Positions 8,711 to 17,611 of a DNA stretch of 64,000 nucleotides are shown piece after piece (within the stretch, counting starts at the first letter, position 1; each line of letters begins with the position of its first letter). The stretch comes from Ostreococcus lucimarinus (taxonomy: Eukaryota). Position numbers and translations under genes: made by a program. Location: assembly GCA_000092065.1 (NCBI GenBank), contig CP000587.1; one strand, written 5' to 3'. The notes under the pieces were generated by a model. It was not told where the DNA came from, ran no database searches, and saw nothing but the letters and a program-made list of their open reading frames with translations.

Positions 8711-9460
8711 TTATTGATTCGCGATGCGCAAACCATTCTGAATCGTCTTCGAGTACTCGCCAACCGCCTGCACGATGAGCTCATCTTCTTCCATGCGCTC
8801 GGCGCGTTCTTTTTGAAGGCCGAGTTTCAGAGTCCCGAGCTCCTCGAGCACGACGGCGTGGAAGTCGCCTTCGCCCGCGGCGCTCTGGTGTCGCACCTCC
8901 TCCACCACCGACGCCAACTTCCCCACCGCGCTCTCCCGCGTGTTCCTCTCCGCCTCCACCTTCGTTCGCAATTCGTTCACCTCCTGTCCGACGCGCGCGA
9001 TCATCTCCGCCTCGCGCTCCAGTCTCGCCAACCGTTCGTCGTCCAACGCCGCGCCGAAGTCCTCCACCCGTCGACTCAAACTCGTCGTCATCGTCTCCAC
9101 CTCCATCGTCCTCTGTTCTTTCTCCGCGCTCAGCGCCTCGTGCACGCTCTCGATCGCCGTCGTCAGCGCCGTCACGCTCGCGCTCAACCGTTCCTCGACC
9201 GCCGTCGCCCGCGCGCTCAGCGTCGCCTCCGTCTCCCGCAGCATCCGTTCCAACCGTCCCGCGCTCTCCGCGCGCGCCTTTTTCTCCGCCTCGCTCGCGC
9301 GTTTCAATTCGCCCTCGAGCGCGTCCAGCCTTCCCTCGATCGCGTGCATGCGATCGCTCTCGAGCGCGCGCCGGTGCGTCTTTTCTTGTTCCAAATCGCC
9401 GTAGAAGGATTGAAACCGTTCGTTCAATCGCGCCAGTTTCGTCGCCGCGCGCGACGTCAT
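8711..9460 (-). CDS. SF-assemblin-like coiled-coil protein (striated fibre assemblin / beta-giardin family; flagellar root component)
   Basis: ATG confirmed at 9460-9458. 249-aa all-helical heptad-repeat protein. Its size and composition are typical of green-algal SF-assemblin. The flagellar gene TTLL9 lies 2 kb away. Confidence 0.6.
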   Translation of the reverse strand: MTSRAATKLARLNERFQSFYGDLEQEKTHRRALESDRMHAIEGRLDALEGELKRASEAEKKARAESAGRLERMLRETEATLSARATAVEERLSASVTALTTAIESVHEALSAEKEQRTMEVETMTTSLSRRVEDFGAALDDERLARLEREAEMIARVGQEVNELRTKVEAERNTRESAVGKLASVVEEVRHQSAAGEGDFHAVVLEELGTLKLGLQKERAERMEEDELIVQAVGEYSKTIQNGLRIANQ

Positions 9461-9591
9461 CGCGAATTCGCGACGCCGCGCGACGCGAAATCGATCGAGT
9501 CGACGCCTCGCGCGCGCTGAGCCGGCGTCGCGGCGACGCGCGGATGAATGACGACGGATGACGAATCGCCGCGCGGTACCTCGTCCTCACA

Positions 9592-10440
9592 ATGTCGCGC
9601 GCGGTCGCGTCGCGCGCGGCGCGCGCGCTGCTGCGCGCGCGCGGCGCGCGCGTCGCGGACGCCGCGTCGGCGACGGGCGCGACGGCGCGCGCGCGCGGCG
9701 CGGCGGCGACGCGCGCGGTGACGCATCGAGCGCGACCGTCGACGTCGGCGCGAGGCTTCGCGGCGAGCGCGAACGCGCCGAAGCGACCGAGAGGCGCGGA
9801 CGCGGACGACGCGAACGCAGACTTCGCGAAATACCTGTTCGCGCTCGTCGTCGGCGTCGTCGGGGCGACGTACGCGTCGGTGCCGCTGTATAGAATGTTT
9901 TGTCAAGCCACCGGGTTCGGCGGGACGACGCGCCGAGCGACGCTCGAGGATAAATTAAAGAGCGATGCGTGGAGCGAAGCGCGAAGAGACGAGGCGCGAG
10001 GACGAGAGATAACGATATACTTTAACGCCGACGTCGCGGAAGGGATGCCGTGGCGATTCACGCCGACGCAGAAGAGTATCAAAGTGAGACCGGGAGAGTC
10101 GGCGTTGGCGTTTTACACGGCGAAGAATTTGACGAAGACGCCGGTGACGGGCGTGGCGACGTATAACGTGCAGCCGAATAAGTGTGGGGCGTACTTCAAT
10201 AAGGTGCAGTGTTTCTGTTTCGAGGAACAGCGATTGCGAGGGAAGGAGGAGGTGGATATGCCGGTGTTGTTTTACATCGATCCCGAATTCGCGAGCGACC
10301 CAAACATGCGAGACGTGAAGAGTTTGATTCTCTCCTACACGTTTTTCAAGAGCGATGATTTCGAAGACGACGTCGACCAAGACGATGAGAAACCATCGGG
10401 CGTTCGCGTGCACGGTCCTGGGGTCGTCGCCGCGAGTTAG
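9592..10440 (+). CDS. COX11: Cytochrome c oxidase assembly protein COX11 (mitochondrial copper chaperone)
   Basis: ATG at 9592. Arg/Ala-rich presequence followed by a TM segment and the conserved COX11 domain (YRMFCQATGFGGTT..YNVQPNKCGAYFNKVQCFCFEEQRL). Confidence 0.9.
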   Translation: MSRAVASRAARALLRARGARVADAASATGATARARGAAATRAVTHRARPSTSARGFAASANAPKRPRGADADDANADFAKYLFALVVGVVGATYASVPLYRMFCQATGFGGTTRRATLEDKLKSDAWSEARRDEARGREITIYFNADVAEGMPWRFTPTQKSIKVRPGESALAFYTAKNLTKTPVTGVATYNVQPNKCGAYFNKVQCFCFEEQRLRGKEEVDMPVLFYIDPEFASDPNMRDVKSLILSYTFFKSDDFEDDVDQDDEKPSGVRVHGPGVVAAS

Positions 10441-10565
10441 ATGCATTGTGATAGATTTTAGTTTCGCTGCGTTTAAAACGTCCCAGAGCTGTCGTCGCGT
10501 CGCGCGCGCTTCCGCACACCTCGACGCGCGTCGGCGCGCCTCGGCGCCGTCGACCGCGCCGCGCG

Positions 10566-12119
10566 ATGACGACGGTACCCGAAGCATCGTCACCGCGTCC
10601 AGGCGACGCCCTCGACGCGCTGCGCGCGCAACTCACCTGTCCGCTCTGTCGCGATGTCTTCACCGACCCGACGACGCTGCCGTGCAATCACACCCACTGC
10701 TTCGAGTGCGTCGCTCGCGCGCTCGGAGGCAAATCGTGGGACGCCAGCGCGTGCCCGGAGTGCGCGGCACCGACGGTGATGAAGGATTTGAGCGTGAACA
10801 TGACGCTGAAGAGTTTCGTGGAGAATTTTAAGAGCGTCGACGCGGAGCTGCGCGAGGCGTTAGGGGCGATGCGAGAGTTGGGAGGCACGGAAGCGATGGA
10901 TTGCGATGGTGATGATGGAGACGACGTCGGTGCGGGCGATCGTGGTGGAACGCTGGCCGACGGGGGCGTGATGGAGGGCGACGACGCGCGCGAGCGCGAG
11001 GCAAAGGCGTGCGAGAAGCTCGCCGAAACCATTCGCGCGATCGACGCCACGCTGGCCGTGATCGACAAGAAATTAGCGGTGTACAAGGCGAAGGATGAAG
11101 CGTTAGAGTCACACACACAGCCGCGGACGCAGACGCAGCCGGGGACGCAAGGGACGTTGGATATTGAGTCGATGACGTTGTCCGAGTTGCGGCGCCTGTA
11201 TCGCAACGTCTTAGGCAGATCTGCGGCGTCGACTCGGAAGAAACCGTGGTTCGTCAAAGAGTTGTCGCAGTACGATCGAGACGTCATGGCCGCGGCGATG
11301 GCGGCGACGCAGCCCGAATCTCCTAAAGTCGTCGTGGCGTATAGCTCGAGCGCGCTACGATGCGGCGGAAGCCAGGATGAAAAGTTTGCCGAAGTCGAAC
11401 GCGTCATAAAGTCCATCGACGCCGGCGCAGTGTTCATGGGCATGAAAGATCTGACGTCCGAGTGCACGCATTTGATCATGGACACCGGATCCAAAGATCG
11501 GGTGGTGAGAAAAAGAACGGTCAAATACGTCGACGCCATCGCTCGAGGGTTGTACGTCGTGCACGAGGACTGGCTCGCCGATTGCGCGGAGCGCGGGAGT
11601 TTTTCAAACGAAGAGGCCTTCGAATTAAAAGACGGTACGGGTACAGGCTCAGATGGCGCATCGCATAGCTTCGCGGACGGTCCTCGCCGCGCGCGAGTGT
11701 GCCGCGAGACGAATCAAAGACGGCTCTTTGAAGGCATTCGCGTGCGCGTCCAATGTTGCGGCGACGCGCTCCCCGCGTCGGCGTTGGAGAACATCTTAAG
11801 GCTCGCGGGTGCCATCATCGAGCCCGCGTCGCCGAAAACGCCGCGTAGATCATCTCGCCGACATAGTTCGGCGGTACGAGATCACGACGCGGTTCCGGAT
11901 AGCGAGGACGAAGCCGACGACTCGCGCGAAACCGATTCCGTCGTCGAGGACGTCGCCGGCGATGGAGAAGACGAGGACGATGTGGTCGTGACTTTAGTGG
12001 ACGATTTAACCCCTCGCTCGACTTTCAAATCGATCTCTAAACCGGTGAATTGGAAATGGGCGCTCGAGTGCGTCACGCGTTGGGAACTGTTGCCCACGCT
12101 AAAGTGGCTCAAGCGATGA
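10566..12119 (+). CDS. RING-finger E3 ligase with tandem BRCT domains (BRCA1/BARD1-like)
   Basis: N-terminal C3HC4 RING (CPLCRDVF..CNHTHCFECV..CPEC). Two BRCT-like modules in the C-terminal half (VVVAYSS..YVVHEDWLADC and LFEGIRVRVQCCGD..). Confidence 0.75.
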   Translation: MTTVPEASSPRPGDALDALRAQLTCPLCRDVFTDPTTLPCNHTHCFECVARALGGKSWDASACPECAAPTVMKDLSVNMTLKSFVENFKSVDAELREALGAMRELGGTEAMDCDGDDGDDVGAGDRGGTLADGGVMEGDDAREREAKACEKLAETIRAIDATLAVIDKKLAVYKAKDEALESHTQPRTQTQPGTQGTLDIESMTLSELRRLYRNVLGRSAASTRKKPWFVKELSQYDRDVMAAAMAATQPESPKVVVAYSSSALRCGGSQDEKFAEVERVIKSIDAGAVFMGMKDLTSECTHLIMDTGSKDRVVRKRTVKYVDAIARGLYVVHEDWLADCAERGSFSNEEAFELKDGTGTGSDGASHSFADGPRRARVCRETNQRRLFEGIRVRVQCCGDALPASALENILRLAGAIIEPASPKTPRRSSRRHSSAVRDHDAVPDSEDEADDSRETDSVVEDVAGDGEDEDDVVVTLVDDLTPRSTFKSISKPVNWKWALECVTRWELLPTLKWLKR

Positions 12120-12232
12120 ACGTGAACGATTATTTGACTGGCGCGCATTGATTGAAAATTGTAACGATATCGCGCGCGCGCGCTGTAGTACAAAAAAACA
12201 CGAAAACACGAAAACGAGCCCGAACGCCGCGA

Positions 12233-12826
12233 TCACGGACCCGGGTACGTGCAAATCCCCACCTGCGCCACGGGTCGGCACGACGCGCCCTTCGGACATC
12301 CTCCGTTCGGCGCGTCGTCTCTCGGATTACACACCAACGCGCATCGGTTCGGTTTATCGCTCCCCGGCGTCTGCAGCACGCACATCCCTCGCGCCGTCGC
12401 CCCTCGATACGGATCTTTCGGGCACGGCGACGCCACCGAGCACGACGGCGAGCAGAAATCTCCCGGCACGCCCTGAATCTGCACCTTCATCTCCGTCGCC
12501 AGGCACGCCCGCCTCGCGGGATCGCCGTACGGCTTCGACCGCCCTCTCGGTTTCGGTCCCGGCGCCGCGAGCGCGCCGACCGCGTCCATGATCTCCGCCG
12601 CCGTCTTCGCGAGCGCACCGAGCGCGCCGAGCGCGTCCGCGCGCGTTCGCGCGCCGTCGAGCGCGCGCGCTGGATCCGCGTTCGCCATCGCGTCGTCGTT
12701 CAGCGCGACCGTCGTCGCGGTCGCGGTCGCGGTCGCGGTCAGCGTCAGCGTCAGCGTCAGCGTCAGCGTCAGCGCGAGCGCGCGGACCGTCGCGCGGGCG
12801 CGCGTCGCGCGGCGTCGCGTCGGCAT
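12233..12826 (-). CDS. Cysteine-rich putative secreted protein; N-terminal hydrophobic (LT)n/(AT)n stretch encoded by a hexanucleotide microsatellite
   Basis: ATG at 12826-12824. Predicted N-terminus is RRR-rich followed by ALALTLTLTLTLTLTATATATATTVAL. C-terminal 90 aa contain 12 Cys (CSPSCSVASPCPKD..CALVCNP..GGCPKGASCRP..GICTYPGP). Confidence 0.45.
   Translation of the reverse strand: MPTRRRATRARATVRALALTLTLTLTLTLTATATATATTVALNDDAMANADPARALDGARTRADALGALGALAKTAAEIMDAVGALAAPGPKPRGRSKPYGDPARRACLATEMKVQIQGVPGDFCSPSCSVASPCPKDPYRGATARGMCVLQTPGSDKPNRCALVCNPRDDAPNGGCPKGASCRPVAQVGICTYPGP
12716..12776. repeat. Compound hexanucleotide microsatellite (GCGGTC)n(CAGCGT)n inside the 5' coding region of the 12233-12826 gene
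   Basis: Read directly: cgcggtcgcggtcgcggtcgcggtcagcgtcagcgtcagcgtcagcgtcagcgtcagcg. Confidence 0.9.
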
Positions 12827-13020
12827 CGCCGTCGTCGTCGCCGAGTGCGGGCCGGCGCGTCTTCGCTCTCATATTTCTATTTCGAAACCTACCTCGTGAT
12901 AATACGCGATGCTCGATCGTACTGTGGAGCCCGACTAACTAAGTAACCCTTCGAAGTCTTTCGGGCGCCGGTGTCGCATCATATTCCGCCTCGCGCGACC
13001 CGCGCGCGAGTTTCGCGAGG

Positions 13021-13803
13021 ATGACGTCGATCGAAGCCTTCGCGGCGAAGAACGCGAGGTTGGACGCGATACGAAAAGAGCGCGACGCCGCGTGCGGGTG
13101 GCGCATGTGGTTCGCGTGCGCCGTCTTCTCGTTTCTGCTCGTCGGGCCGGTGGTCTCGCTGGTGCCCATGATGCGAGGCGCGGGACCGGCGTACGTGGCG
13201 ATCGAGCTCGCGATGATCGCGATGATCGCGTGGTGCGCGGTGGAATACGGGCACAGAAGGGCGGTTTGGTTCATTTGCATCGCGCGGGGAGTGTGCGTGA
13301 CGTTCGAGAAGACGGAAGGCTTTCGAGCTTGGGCGACGCGGGCTCCGATGACGTTTGCCATCGTTTTCGTCGCGTTGCACGGTTTCATCACGTACCTGGG
13401 GTTAGATCCGACGTTATCGAAAGGAGAGCTGGCGGACATTCTTCTCGCTGTATTATCGATACTGGCGGTCATGTTTGTACTGCTGATGACGAAGAATTTG
13501 TGCGACATCGAGGGCGCGAATGCGCTGCTGACGGTGCCCATGTTTGTCTATTTTTTCGACGATGACGACATCTTAGTCGAGCGCGGTTTCGCCACGGTTT
13601 CTTTCGCTGTTTTGGCCAAGTACGTGCTGATCGATCGCAAAGATGAAAAGATGGCTCTGCAGAAATTTTCGTGGAATGAAATTCACGCGTTACACGGCGA
13701 ATCGGCGAATACAGACGGTGACTCGGCGTATCGGCGACCCACGCTCATCGATGGGATCCGCTTGGTGGCTTTTTTGAAAATTTACAAAGATTTGGAATCT
13801 TAA
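13021..13803 (+). CDS. Hypothetical multi-pass membrane protein
   Basis: ATG at 13021. At least 5 hydrophobic helices (e.g. WFACAVFSFLLVGPVVSLVPMM, LADILLAVLSILAVMFVLLMT). No family recognised. Confidence 0.55.
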   Translation: MTSIEAFAAKNARLDAIRKERDAACGWRMWFACAVFSFLLVGPVVSLVPMMRGAGPAYVAIELAMIAMIAWCAVEYGHRRAVWFICIARGVCVTFEKTEGFRAWATRAPMTFAIVFVALHGFITYLGLDPTLSKGELADILLAVLSILAVMFVLLMTKNLCDIEGANALLTVPMFVYFFDDDDILVERGFATVSFAVLAKYVLIDRKDEKMALQKFSWNEIHALHGESANTDGDSAYRRPTLIDGIRLVAFLKIYKDLES

Positions 13804-13834
13804 CACGCGCTACGCTAGTTGTTGCATGTTCGAG

Positions 13835-14779
13835 CTAATCACTGAGCTGCAATTCGCCGCATGCAGTGATGGCGACTTGGCCGAGAGGTTGACCCGATTC
13901 GGTTCCGACGGCTTCACACGCGGCGACGACATCCATACCTTCTAATACGCGTCCGAACACCACGTGCTTGTCATCCAAGCTCGGCGCTGGCGCGGTTGTG
14001 ATGAAAAATTGCGATCCATTCGTGTTTGGTCCCCGATTAGCCATGGACAACACACCTGCGTCGTCGTGTGATATCCCAAACGCCTCGTCGTCGAAATCTT
14101 CGCCGTACACGCTCTCACCTCCTTGTCCGTTCTGCAGCGTGAAATCTCCACCCTGACACACGAACCCTTTGACTATTCTATGCAAACACGACCCTTCGTA
14201 CGTTAATTTCTTTCCACTCTTCGCGCTCAGACCCTTCTCTCCCGTGCAAAGCGCTCTAAAATTTTCCACCGTCTTTGGCGCGTGCTTTCCGTACAACCCA
14301 AACACGATTCGCCCTCTCGCCTTTCCATTCACGCTGACGTCAAAGTAACACTTACACGTCACCGTGACGTCTCCCGGGGGTGGTAAATCGCTCTCTAACA
14401 CTTTCTCCCACGCGTCGTATCGGTTCGCCTTTTCCAACGTCACCGTCACGCGCTCGAGCTCTTTCTCCCAGTAGCACCCGTCGACGTCCACCGCGCTCGG
14501 AAACGCGCCCTCGACGACGGCGACGCCGTCATCCAGCGTGCAAACGCGCATGTGATCGCTGAAAATCTTCACGTCGAGCACCGCGCGCGGGATGTCGCGC
14601 GGGAGAGTGATTTCGAGCTCGACTTCGGAATGTCCCGGTGGCGCTTTGACTTTGACGCGCACGTCGTCGACGTGTCTCAACAGCGCCTCGGCGGCGCGCG
14701 AGAGTGAGCGGTGACGATGGTTCGACGCCCGAGATGCGCTCGCACGGAGCGCGCGTGGGACGTCGTGGGGACGCAACAT
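13835..14779 (-). CDS. Cyclophilin-type peptidyl-prolyl cis-trans isomerase with an N-terminal CS (p23/HSP20-like) domain and an organellar presequence
   Basis: ATG at 14779-14777. C-terminal 170 aa are canonical cyclophilin (FGLYGKHAPKTVENFRALCTGEKG..CLHRIVKGFVCQGGDF..MANRGPNTNGSQFFITT..HVVFGRV). Residues ~40-125 fit a CS-domain beta-sandwich pattern (EVELEITLP..VLDVKIFSDHMRV..GCYWEKELERVTVTLEKA..WEKV). Confidence 0.85.
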   Translation of the reverse strand: MLRPHDVPRALRASASRASNHRHRSLSRAAEALLRHVDDVRVKVKAPPGHSEVELEITLPRDIPRAVLDVKIFSDHMRVCTLDDGVAVVEGAFPSAVDVDGCYWEKELERVTVTLEKANRYDAWEKVLESDLPPPGDVTVTCKCYFDVSVNGKARGRIVFGLYGKHAPKTVENFRALCTGEKGLSAKSGKKLTYEGSCLHRIVKGFVCQGGDFTLQNGQGGESVYGEDFDDEAFGISHDDAGVLSMANRGPNTNGSQFFITTAPAPSLDDKHVVFGRVLEGMDVVAACEAVGTESGQPLGQVAITACGELQLSD

Positions 14780-14839
14780 GGAGGGACGAGTTGTGCGGAG
14801 ACGGCTGCGCAGAAGAGGGAGTGATTTACAAATGCGCGG

Positions 14840-17272
14840 CTAAACGACGAGCGTGCTGTACCTATCCGCGGTGCCGTCCTCTACTTTGTGTTTCTGCTGT
14901 CGGATATGTGTGAGGGTGTTCGCGTACGATTGTTCGACGTCGCGTAAGGCGCCGATGGATTCGGCGTTGCGAACGTCGCCCACGCTCGACAGCTCGGTGT
15001 TGATCATGTCGATGAGCGCTTGCAATGCCTCGACGGTGACGGAAGTACATCCCTCAGGAGTTTTATCGTAAAAGTACAGGTATTTGTTCAGGATGCCGAC
15101 GTAGAGCCCGAGAGCTTCGATTCGGTTCGCCGCGTTGCCGCCAAAGGTGTCTCGCACGGCGTTGGCTATTTTCACCGATTTCTTCAAGCACGACGCCACG
15201 GAATCGCTATCTTTCACCGTCTCGGTCCAAAATAAGTGTGCGCACGTGTACGCTCCCACGCATTGATCTGGTTTCTTCAGCAAACGCGCGCTATAGCCTG
15301 TAGTTTTGTGCACCAAAGATTCGCGGCTGTCGGCACCAAAGACATTCACTTTGTGCAACGTGCCGATAATTATGAAGAGCAAATTCACCTGTTTCTTCGT
15401 ATCGGTGATGTTTTCTTCGTAAAGTACGAAAGCGCGTTCGAAGAACTCGTACGCGATGGACTCTAAGTTTGCCACCGCGGCAAGTTGTGCGGCTTCGAGG
15501 AAGAGCTTCAGCGCCTTTTCGTGACGTCCGGCCACCTCCGTGAGCGCGGTGATGCTCTTGTGCACAAAGTGAAGCGACTTCTTTAGCCACGGTGACTTGA
15601 CCTCTATCGGCGTCGTAAATGAAATCGCTTCTTTGTCGTCATTGTTCGCATCGGCGGGCACCTCGTCGTCATCCTTCAAAGCCGCAGCCTTTTCTGAAGG
15701 CTTTTCGGCGCGCTCGGCTAGGACAATATCTCTCCCACAAGCGATGCCCGCAAACACGAGCGCGGGAAATGTGTGACGAATTCGCCGAGGTCCGCCTTTC
15801 AGCAAAATGTCGTACGCGGTGTTCAGCATTTCGAGTTGAAGCTCGTGATTATCTTCGGGAGCCTTGATCAAATGTACCACGCGTGCCACGACGTTTTGTT
15901 CCTCGGCAATCGCGGCGCTTCGCTCTTTCTCGACATCTTCCATCGCCTGTGAAGCTTCCTTTGCATCCGCGGACACGACACAGTCTATGAAGTCGTAAAG
16001 CATTTTCACGTGATCCACCGTCGTCAGCGTGCTTCTATTCTTCACCAAAGTTTGCACCACGCCGAGTGCGACTTTTTTCTTCGTGTCTTCGTCCAGCAGC
16101 GCGATGACTTTCGGATACGACTTCAACGAGAGTACGACGGACAGCTCGCACGATTCTAATGGATCGCTAAGTAACGTTGAAAGCTGCTGCGCGACCTCTG
16201 GATCCGTGATTGGAAGTTTACTCTGCAAGGAGTTCGCCAGTGCGAGCAAAATGTCGTCCAAAGTACCCGCTTCGGTGATTTGCAGCTTTCTCGCAAACGC
16301 CATCAACGCCGCGTACATGCCTATAATTTCCTTCGCCGGTACGTCATCGTGTGCTCCAATGATCGCTTGGCAGCATTCAAACGATTTCGGGAACACATCC
16401 GCGGCCTCAAACTCTGACTTTGCCTCGGGAGTTTCCTCGGCGTAACTCAGCAACCGCCCAAGAAGCGCGTTGAGAATCGAACCGACTCGCACATTCGCGC
16501 GCAACATCGACATCGTGGAGAACACTTCTTCGAACGTCGCCAGGTGATATTCGTCCGGAAACACCTGGATGAGTACGTCCAACAAGTACGGCTGTGCGAG
16601 CTCGTCCTTGCAATTCACGACCTGTTCCAGAATGCGCGGTAACACTGTCTCGCGATACAGCTGCAAATCCACGCCCTCGAGCTGAGACAGCGCGAGCAAG
16701 TTCTTCCCCACGAGATCTCGTAGCTCTTCCCGCTCGCCCTCTCGACGCTTCTTCCCGTTTGACGGTCCGATGTGTTGCATACGAACCCACAACTTGTTCA
16801 TCTCGGTGAAATTTTGCAACAAAAACTCCACCGCGTCGTCGATGTTCCCTCCCTCGCCTTCGTACCGCGATCCTTTATCCGGCAACAACCCCTTACTCAT
16901 CTGACTCAAATACGCTCTCAAGAACAACCCGTGCATCGGTTGCTGCACCCCGCGCGTCATCTCCACCAAATCCATCAACACGTCCCTCGCGCTCCCCTCT
17001 CCCAGCTCCACGTACGTCGCCCCAACCGTGATCAGCAGGTACAATCGCGGCAGTATGTTCCCCGCGTGTTGCACTAACTCGTACAACTCCACGCACGACC
17101 GTCCGTGTCGAGACTTATCCCCAAAGAACCGTCGCAGGTGCATCAACTCGTCGCTCGCCGCGATGTACAGCTCGTAGTACCCGCGCGGCGCCGGCGTCGT
17201 CGCCCGCAGTTCGCCCAGCATCAAGCTCGCGCACTTCAGCGCCTCGCGCAGGTTATCCTCGTCCTGATCCAT
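14840..17272 (-). CDS. VPS35: Vacuolar protein sorting-associated protein 35 (retromer core subunit VPS35)
   Basis: End-to-end colinearity with VPS35 (ASLMLGELR, YYELYIAASDEL, PRLYLLITVG, EMNKLWVRMQH, VNCKDELAQPYL, QVFPDEYHL, KKPDQCVGAYTCAHLFW). ORF-track start 17341 is TTG. First ATG is at 17272-17270 (MDQDEDNL). Confidence 0.9.
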   Translation of the reverse strand: MDQDEDNLREALKCASLMLGELRATTPAPRGYYELYIAASDELMHLRRFFGDKSRHGRSCVELYELVQHAGNILPRLYLLITVGATYVELGEGSARDVLMDLVEMTRGVQQPMHGLFLRAYLSQMSKGLLPDKGSRYEGEGGNIDDAVEFLLQNFTEMNKLWVRMQHIGPSNGKKRREGEREELRDLVGKNLLALSQLEGVDLQLYRETVLPRILEQVVNCKDELAQPYLLDVLIQVFPDEYHLATFEEVFSTMSMLRANVRVGSILNALLGRLLSYAEETPEAKSEFEAADVFPKSFECCQAIIGAHDDVPAKEIIGMYAALMAFARKLQITEAGTLDDILLALANSLQSKLPITDPEVAQQLSTLLSDPLESCELSVVLSLKSYPKVIALLDEDTKKKVALGVVQTLVKNRSTLTTVDHVKMLYDFIDCVVSADAKEASQAMEDVEKERSAAIAEEQNVVARVVHLIKAPEDNHELQLEMLNTAYDILLKGGPRRIRHTFPALVFAGIACGRDIVLAERAEKPSEKAAALKDDDEVPADANNDDKEAISFTTPIEVKSPWLKKSLHFVHKSITALTEVAGRHEKALKLFLEAAQLAAVANLESIAYEFFERAFVLYEENITDTKKQVNLLFIIIGTLHKVNVFGADSRESLVHKTTGYSARLLKKPDQCVGAYTCAHLFWTETVKDSDSVASCLKKSVKIANAVRDTFGGNAANRIEALGLYVGILNKYLYFYDKTPEGCTSVTVEALQALIDMINTELSSVGDVRNAESIGALRDVEQSYANTLTHIRQQKHKVEDGTADRYSTLVV

Positions 17273-17569
17273 CGCGATCCGATCGTCGTCGTCGTCAGTC
17301 GTCGTCGAGCGCGCGTCGCCAGTCGCGTCGCGTCGAATCAATCAATCGAATCAATCGCGCAATCATCGCGTCGCCGTCGCGCGTCGCGTCGCGCACCGCC
17401 GCCCGTTTCATGCGAAACGCGTGCTCTTTCACCGACGCCTTCGCCTCGTCCAACCACCGCGCCGCGCGCGCCGGATCGGCGTCGCGCGCGTCCGCGCGCT
17501 GCATCGTCGAGGAGTGCGGCGTCGTCGGCACTCCACCGCGCGACGCGACGACTCGCGACGACGGCGACG

Positions 17570-17580
17570 ATGGCGCTCGC

Positions 17581-17611
<31 letters not shown>

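Noticed and set aside
17105-17569. N-terminal 155-codon extension of the LPAAT ORF (and similar extensions of the P450, RCL1, CNOT1, TTLL9, VPS35, TPT and DUF1995-like ORFs)
   Set aside because: The extensions begin at non-ATG codons (GTG/TTG/CTG reported as M by the track), are low-complexity, and lack homology. Homologous regions begin at or after the first in-frame ATG, which I used instead.
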